A DNA stretch of 64,000 nt from the human T2T-CHM13v2.0 reference genome, Homo sapiens. Made by a program: the position numbers and the translations under genes. This document shows positions 56,966-64,000 of the stretch, piece after piece (the stretch's first letter is position 1; every line of letters starts with the position of its first letter). The notes under the pieces are model-generated. The model worked only from the letters and a program-made list of their open reading frames with translations. It made no database searches and was not told the DNA's origin. The stretch lies in the NCBI RefSeq assembly GCF_009914755.1, contig NC_060948.1; one strand, given 5' to 3'.

Positions 56966-59900
56966 ACAGCCACGGAATGGAATGCACTCGAATGCAATGG
57001 AGTCGAAACTAATGGACTGGAATAGAATGGACTCGAATGGTACGGACTCCAATGGAATGGAATCGAATGGAAGGGAATCGAACGGAATGGACTCGAAGGG
57101 AAAAGACTGCAATGGAAAGGTCTCGAATGGAATGGAAATTAATGGAATGGAATGGAATCGAATGAAAAGGAGTCAAAAGGAATGGAATCGAATGGCAAGA
57201 AATCGAATGTAATGGAATCGCAAGGAATTGATGTGAACGGAACGGAATGGAATGGAATCCAAAGGAATGGAATAGAATGGAATGGAATCGAATGGAAAGG
57301 ACTCGAATGGAAATCACTCGAATAGAATGCAATTTAATAAAATAGGATCAAATGTAATGGAATGGAATGGAAAGGAATCGAAACGAAAGGAATGGAGACA
57401 GATGGAATGGAATGGAACAGAGAGCAATGGTATAGAATGGAATGGAATCATCTGGAATGGAATTGAATGGAATGGAATAATATGAAATGGAATGGAATGG
57501 AATGGAATGGAATGCCCTTGAATTAAATGGACTGGAATGGAATGGACTCGAACAGAGTGGAATGGAAAGTGTTGAGATAGAATGGAATGGACTCCTTTGG
57601 AATGGTGTAGTATGCAATGCAATCGACTGGCAGGGAATCAAAAGGAATGTAATGGAATGGATTGGACTGGAATGCAATGGACTCGAATAGATTGGAAACG
57701 GAATGCAAAGGAATGGAATGGAATAGTATGGAATGGAATGGAAAGGAATGGAGTGGAATAGACTAGAGTGGAATGGAATGGACTGGAAAGCCATGGACTG
57801 GAATGGAACTTTCTTGAATGGACTGGAATCAAACGGAATGGAATGCAATGCAATCAAATGGCATGGAATAAAATAGAATGAAAGAGAATCAAATGGAATT
57901 GAATCGAATGGAATCGAATGGATTGGAAAGGAATAGAATGGAATGGAATGGAATGGACTAGAATGGAATGGATTCGAATGGAAGGCAAAGGAATGGAATC
58001 TATTGGAATGGACTGTAATGGAATGGAATGGAAGGGATTGGAATGGACTCGAATGGAATGGACTGCAATAGAAAGGATTCGAATGGAATGAAAAAGAATT
58101 GAATGGAATAGAACAGAATGGAATCAAATCGAATGAAATGGAATGGAATAGAAAGGAATGGAATGAAATGGAATGGAAAGGATTCGAATGGAATGCAATC
58201 GAATGGAATGGAATCGAACGGAATGGAATAAAATGGAAGAAAACTGGCAAGAAATGGAATCGAAATGAATGGAGTGTTATGGAACGGACTCAAAAGGAAT
58301 TGAATGTAATAGAATGGAGTGTAGTGGATTCGAATATAATGGACTGGAATGGAATGAAATCACATGGAATGGGAACGAATGGAATGGAATGGAAAGGAAT
58401 GGAATCGAATGGAAAGGAATCGAATGGAAGGGAATGAAATTGAATCAACAGGAATGGAAGGGAATAGAATAGACGGTAATGGAATGGACTCGAATAGAAT
58501 GGACACGAATGCTCAAATTGAATGGACTCGAGTGGAATGGAAACGAAAGGAATGTCATCGAATGGAATTGAATCGATTGGAATGAAATCGCATAGAATGG
58601 AGTGGAATCAAATGGAATTGAATCGAAAGGAAAGGAAGCGAATGGACTGAAATGAAATGGAATGGAATTGAATGGAAAGTAATGCAATGGAATAGAATGG
58701 AACGAAATTTCACGGAATGGAATCAAACTGAATGGAATCAAATCAATGGAATCAAATCAAATGGAATGGAAAGGAATTGAATGGAGTAGATTGGATTGGA
58801 TGGGATTGGAATGAAATGTACTGGAAAGGACTCGAATTTCATGAAACGGAATGGAATGAATTGGAACGGAATGGACTCGAATGGAATGGAATGTCATGGA
58901 ATGGCATCAAATGGAATGGCATCAAATGGAATGGAATCGAATGCAATGGAATGCTATGGAATGGAATGGAATGCATTGGAATGGAATGTCCTCTAATGGA
59001 ATGGATTCGAGTGGAATGGAATCGAATATAATGGAGTCGAATGAAATGGAATTGAAAGGAATGGGATCGAATACAATGGAATATACTGGAATGTAATGTA
59101 ATGAACTCGAATGTAATTGACTGGAATGGAATGTACATGAATGGAATGTAATCGAATGGAAAGTAATCCAATGGAATAGAATCTAATGCAATAAAATCGA
59201 CTCAGATAGAGTAGAATGTAATGGATTGGAGTGCAGTGCAATGGAATGGAATGGAATGGAATGCAATTGAATGGAATGGAATGGAATGGGATGGAATGGT
59301 ATGGAATGGATAGTAATGGACTGGAGTGAAATGGACTGGAAAGGAATGGACTCAAATTGAAAGGGCTCGAAAGGAATGGAGTCAAATGGAATGGTCTGGA
59401 ATGGAATGAACACGAATGTAATGCAATCCAATAGAATGGAATCGAATGGCATGGAATATAAAGAAATGGAATCGAAGAGAATGGAAACAAATGGAATGGA
59501 ATTGAATGGAATGGAATTGAATGGAATGCGAACGAATGGAGTGAAATTGTATGCAGTAGAAGGGAATAGAATGGAATGCAAGCGAAAGGAAAGGAATGGA
59601 TTGGAATGGAATGGAATTCATTGGAATGGAAGGGAATGTAGTGTAATGGACAGGCCTGGAATAAAGTGGAATGCTACTGTCTCGAATGGAGTAAAAATGT
59701 ATGGAATGGAATGCAATGAAACGGAATCGAATGTCATAGAATGTAATGGAATGCAAAAAAATGGAATCCAAAATCATTGACTGGAAAGGCTGGGTGTCGA
59801 AAGGAATTGACTCCAATGGAATGGAATCGAATGGAATGGAAGTGAATAGAATCGAACTAAATCGAATGGAATGGAATTGATAGGAACGGAATGGAAAGGA

Positions 59901-60494
59901 ATGCAATGATTTGGCATGGAATGGAATCGAATGGCATCGAATGGAATGGAATGGAATGCAATGGAATGGAATGTATTAGAATGTAATGAACTTTAATGGA
60001 ATGTACTCGAATGGATTCGACTGGAATGGAATGTTCTGGAAGTGAATGGACTCCAATGGAATGGATTCAAAAGGAATGGAATCGTACGGAATGGAATCTA
60101 ATGGAATGGAATTAAATGGAAATGAATCAAATTGAATAGCACGGAATTGAATTGAATGGAATGGAATGCAATGGAATCTAATGAAACGGAAAGGAAAGGA
60201 ATGGAATGGAATGGAATGGGCTGGAATGGAAAGGAATCGAAACGAATGGAATGGAATCGAACTGAAGAGACTGGAATGGAATGCACTGGAATGGAAGGGA
60301 GTGTAATGGAAGGTTCTCGAAAAAAATGGAATGGAATGGAATGGAATTGAATGGAACGGAATAGAGTCGAATGGAATTGAATGGAATGGAATGGACTAGA
60401 GTGAAATGGAATCGAACCGCAAGGAATGGACAGGAATAGAATGGTCTCGAATTGAATGGAATCGTATGGAATGGCATCAAACGGAATGGAATGG
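56966..60494 (+). repeat. Unit U17 (3529 bp)
   Basis: Landmarks at 56966 and 60495. 15-bp deletion near 57954. Confidence 0.9.
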
Positions 60495-63400
60495 ACAGCC
60501 ACGGAATGGAATGCACTCGAATGCAATGGAGTCGAAACTAATGGACTGGAATAGAATGGACTCGACTGGTACGGACTCCAATGGAATGGAATCGAATGGA
60601 AGGGAATCGAACGGAATGGACTCGAAGGGAAAAGACTGCAATGGAAAGGTCTCGAATGGAATGGAAATTAATGGAATGGAATGGAATCGAATGAAATGGA
60701 GTCAAAAGGAATGGAATCGAATGGCAAGAAATCGAATGTAATGGAATCGCAAGGAATTGATGTGAACGGAACGGAATGGAATGGAATCCAAAGGAATGGA
60801 ATAGAATGGAATGGAATCGAATGGAAAGGACTCGAATGGAAATCACTCGAATAGAATGCAATTTAATAAAATAGGATCAAATGTAATGGAATGGAATGGA
60901 AAGGAATCGAAACGAAAGGAATGGAGACAGATGGAATGGAATGGAACAGAGAGCAATGGTATAGAATGGAATGGAATCATCTGGAATGGAATTGAATGGA
61001 ATGGAATAATATGAAATGGAATGGAATGGAATGGAATGGAATGTCCTTGAATTAAATGGACTGGAATGGAATGGACTCGAACAGAGTGGAATGGAAAGTG
61101 TTGAGATAGAATGCAATGGACTCCTTTGGAATGGTGTAGTATGCAATGCAATCGACTGGCAGGGAATCAAAAGGAATGTAATGGAATGGATTGGACTGGA
61201 ATGCAATGGACTCGAATAGATTGGAAACGGAATGCAAAGGAATGGAATGGAATAGTATGGAATGGAATGGAAAGGAATGGAGTGGAATAGACTAGAGTGG
61301 AATGGAATGGACTGGAAAGCAATGGACTGGAATGGAACTTTCTTGAATGGACTGGAATCAAACGGAATGGAATGCAATGCAATCAAATGGCATGGAATAA
61401 AATAGAATGAAAGAGAATCAAATGGAATTGAATCGAATGGAATCGAATGGATTGGAAAGGAATAGAATGGAATGGAATGGAATTGACTCAAATGGAATGG
61501 ACTAGAATGGAATGGATTCGAATGGAAGGCAAAGGAATGGAATCTATTGGAATGGACTGTAATGGAATGGAATGGAAGGGATTGGAATGGACTCGAATGG
61601 AATGGACTGCAATAGAAAGGATTCGAATGGAATGAAAAAGAATTGAATGGAATAGAACAGAATGGAATCAAATCGAATGAAATGGAATGGAATAGAAAGG
61701 AATGGAATGAAATGGAATGGAAAGGATTCGAATGGAATGCAATCGAATGGAATGGAATCGAACGGAATGGAATAAAATGGAAGAAAACTGGCAAGAAATG
61801 GAATCGAAATGAATGGAGTGTTATGGAACGGACTCAAAAGGAATTGAATGTAATAGAATGGAGTGGAGTGGACTCGAATATAATGGACTGGAATGGAATG
61901 AAATCACATGGAATGGGAACGAATGGAATGCAATGGAAAGGAATGGAATCGAATGGAAAGGAATCGAATGGAAGGGAATGAAATTGAATCAACAGGAATG
62001 GAAGGGAATAGAATAGACGGTAATGGAATGGACTCGAATAGAATGGACACGAATGCTGAAATTGAATGGACTCGAATGGAATGGAAACGAAAGGAATGTC
62101 ATCGAATGGAATTGAATCGATTGGAATGAAATCGCATAGAATGGAGTGGAATCAAATGGAATTGAATCGAAAGGAAAGGAAGCGAATGGACTGAAATGAA
62201 ATGGAATGGAATTGAATGGAAAGTAATGCAATGGAATAGAATGGAACGAAATTTCACGGAATGGAATCAAACTGAATGGAATCAAATCAATGGAATCAAA
62301 TCAAATGGAATGGAAAGGAATTGAATGGAGTAGATTGGATTGGATGGGATTGGAATGAAATGTACTGGAAAGGACTCGAATTTCATGAAACGGAATGGAA
62401 TGAATTGGAACGGAATGGACTCGAATGGAATGGAATGTCATGGAATGGCATCAAATGGAATGGCATCAAATGGAATGGAATCGAATGCAATGGAATGCTA
62501 TGGAATGGAATGGAATGCATTGGAATGGAATGTCCTCTAATGGAATGGATTCGAGTGGAATGGAATCGAATATAATGGAGTCGAATGAAATGGAATTGAA
62601 AGGAGTGGGATCGAATACAATGGAATATACTGGAATGTAATGTAATGAACTCGAATGTAATTGACTGGAATGGAATGTACATGAATGGAATGTAATCGAA
62701 TGGAAAGTAATCCAATGGAATAGAATCTAATGCAATAAAACCGACTCAGATAGAGTAGAATGTAATGGAATGGAGTGCAGTGCAATGGAATGGAATGGAA
62801 TGGAATGCAATGGAATGGAATGGAATGGAATGGAATGGAATGGAATGGAATGGAATGGGATGGAATGGGATGGAATGGATAGTAATGGACTGGAGTGAAA
62901 TGGACTGGAAAGGAATGGACTCAAATTGAAAGGGCTCGAAAGGAATGGAGTCAAATGGAATGGTCTGGAATGGAATGAACACGAATGTAATGCAATCCAA
63001 TAGAATGGAATCGAATGGCATGGAATATAAAGAAATGGAATCGAAGAGAATGGAAACAAATGGAATGGAATTGAATGGAATGGAATTGAATGGAATGGGA
63101 ACGAATGGAGTGAAATTGTATGCAGTAGAAGGGAATAGAATGGAATGCAAGCGAAAGGAAAGGAATGGATTGGAATGGAATGGAATTCATTGGAATGGAA
63201 GGGAATGTAGTGTAATGGACAGGCCTGGAATAAAGTGGAATGCTACGGTCTCGAATGGAATAAAAATGTATGGAATGGAATGCAAAGAAACGGAATCGAA
63301 TGTCATAGAATGTAATGGAATGCAAAAAAATGGAATCCAAAATCATTGACTGGAAAGGCTGGGTGTCGAAAGGAATTGACTCCAATGGAATGGAATCGAA

Positions 63401-64000
63401 TGGAATGGAAGTGAATAGAATCGAACTAAATCGAATGGAATGGAATTGATAGGAACGGAATGGAAAGGAATGCAATGATTTGGCATGGAATGGAATCGAA
63501 TGGCATCGAATGGAATGGAATGGAATGCAATGGAATGGAATGTATTAGAATGTAATGAACTTTAATGGAATGTACTCGAATGGATTCGACTGGAATGGAA
63601 TGTTCTGGAAGTGAATGGACTCCAATGGAATGGATTCCAAAGGAATGGAATCGTACGGAATGGAATCTAATGGAATGGAATTAAATGGAAATGAATCAAA
63701 TTGAATAGCACGGAATTGAATTGAATGGAATGGAATGCAATGGAATCTAATGAAACGGAAAGGAAAGGAATGGAATGGAATGGAATGGGCTGGAATGGAA
63801 AGGAATCGAAACGAATGGAATGGAATCGAACTGAAGAGACTGGAATGGAATGCACTGGAATGGAAGGGAGTGTAATGGAAGGTTCTCGAAAAAAATGGAA
63901 TCGAATGGAATGGAATTGAATGGAACGGAATAGAGTCGAATGGAATTGAATGGAATGGAATGGACTAGAGTGAAATGGAATCGAACCACAAGGAATGGAC
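60495..64000 (+). repeat. Unit U18 (nearly complete, truncated by window end)
   Basis: Landmark at 60495. The window ends at GAACCACAAGGAATGGAC, roughly 60-70 bp before the next expected landmark. Confidence 0.9.

Larger units (their letters stand above)
1..64000 (+). repeat. DYZ1: Human Satellite III (HSat3) tandem array, DYZ1-type ~3.56 kb unit (Yq12 heterochromatin), GGAAT strand on +
   Basis: Diverged GGAAT pentamers run throughout. Distinctive landmarks (ACAGCCACGG, CAGGCCTGG, GGCTGGGTGTC, GTTCTCGAAAAAAA) recur every 3529-3583 bp. One conserved GAATTC and one GGCC per unit. A ~3.56 kb pentameric unit released by EcoRI/HaeIII is the established definition of DYZ1. Confidence 0.93.

Noticed and set aside
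473-61794. Long minus-strand ORFs of 270-323 aa (MPVFFHFIPF...) repeated in most units
   Set aside because: (ATTCC)n translates to stop-free FHSIP repeats in every frame, so long ORFs are expected. Lengths change with 5-bp indels that shift frame, and there is no domain-like sequence.
17-63919. Plus-strand ORFs of 60-134 aa (MEWNG-rich)
   Set aside because: Direct translation of (GGAAT)n, with an ATG in almost every pentamer. No coding signature.
1-64000. CRISPR-like repeat-spacer array or prokaryotic system
   Set aside because: No unique spacers, no cas or other genes, and only satellite periodicities of 5 bp and 3.56 kb.
1-64000. Transposon insertion, DYZ2/Alu block or strand inversion
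   Set aside because: Landmark spacing never departs from 3529-3583 bp and no CATTC-strand segment was seen.
1-64000. HSat2 identity or EWS-FLI1 GGAA microsatellite enhancer
   Set aside because: The dominant repeat is the GGAAT pentamer, without the HSat2 CATTCGATTC/ATGATG 23-26 bp pattern, and there are no tetrameric (GGAA)n runs.

Overview
The whole 64 kb window is one uninterrupted satellite array with no genes. It consists of diverged (GGAAT)n / (CATTC)n pentamers, always with the GGAAT strand on +, organised into about 18 head-to-tail units of 3.53-3.58 kb (mean about 3.56 kb). The pentamer, the unit length (one unit is exactly 3,564 bp) and a single conserved EcoRI site next to a single HaeIII/StuI site per unit match human Satellite III DYZ1 of the Yq12 heterochromatin. 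All ORFs in the track are artefacts of translating the pentamer (MEWNG / FHSIP). I found no insertion, inversion or new protein-coding system. The structure worth attention is non-coding. (1) Each unit carries three perfect heat-shock elements (nGAAn-nTTCn-nGAAn) in register with the pentamer lattice, about 53 in total, on a background of TEAD core motifs. (2) Each unit has four fixed pentamer phase breaks. (3) Shared private variants reveal layered duplications and mosaics at 1-, 3-, 4- and 7-unit offsets, and a subfamily switch near 18-20 kb. All comparisons were made by eye, without alignment software.
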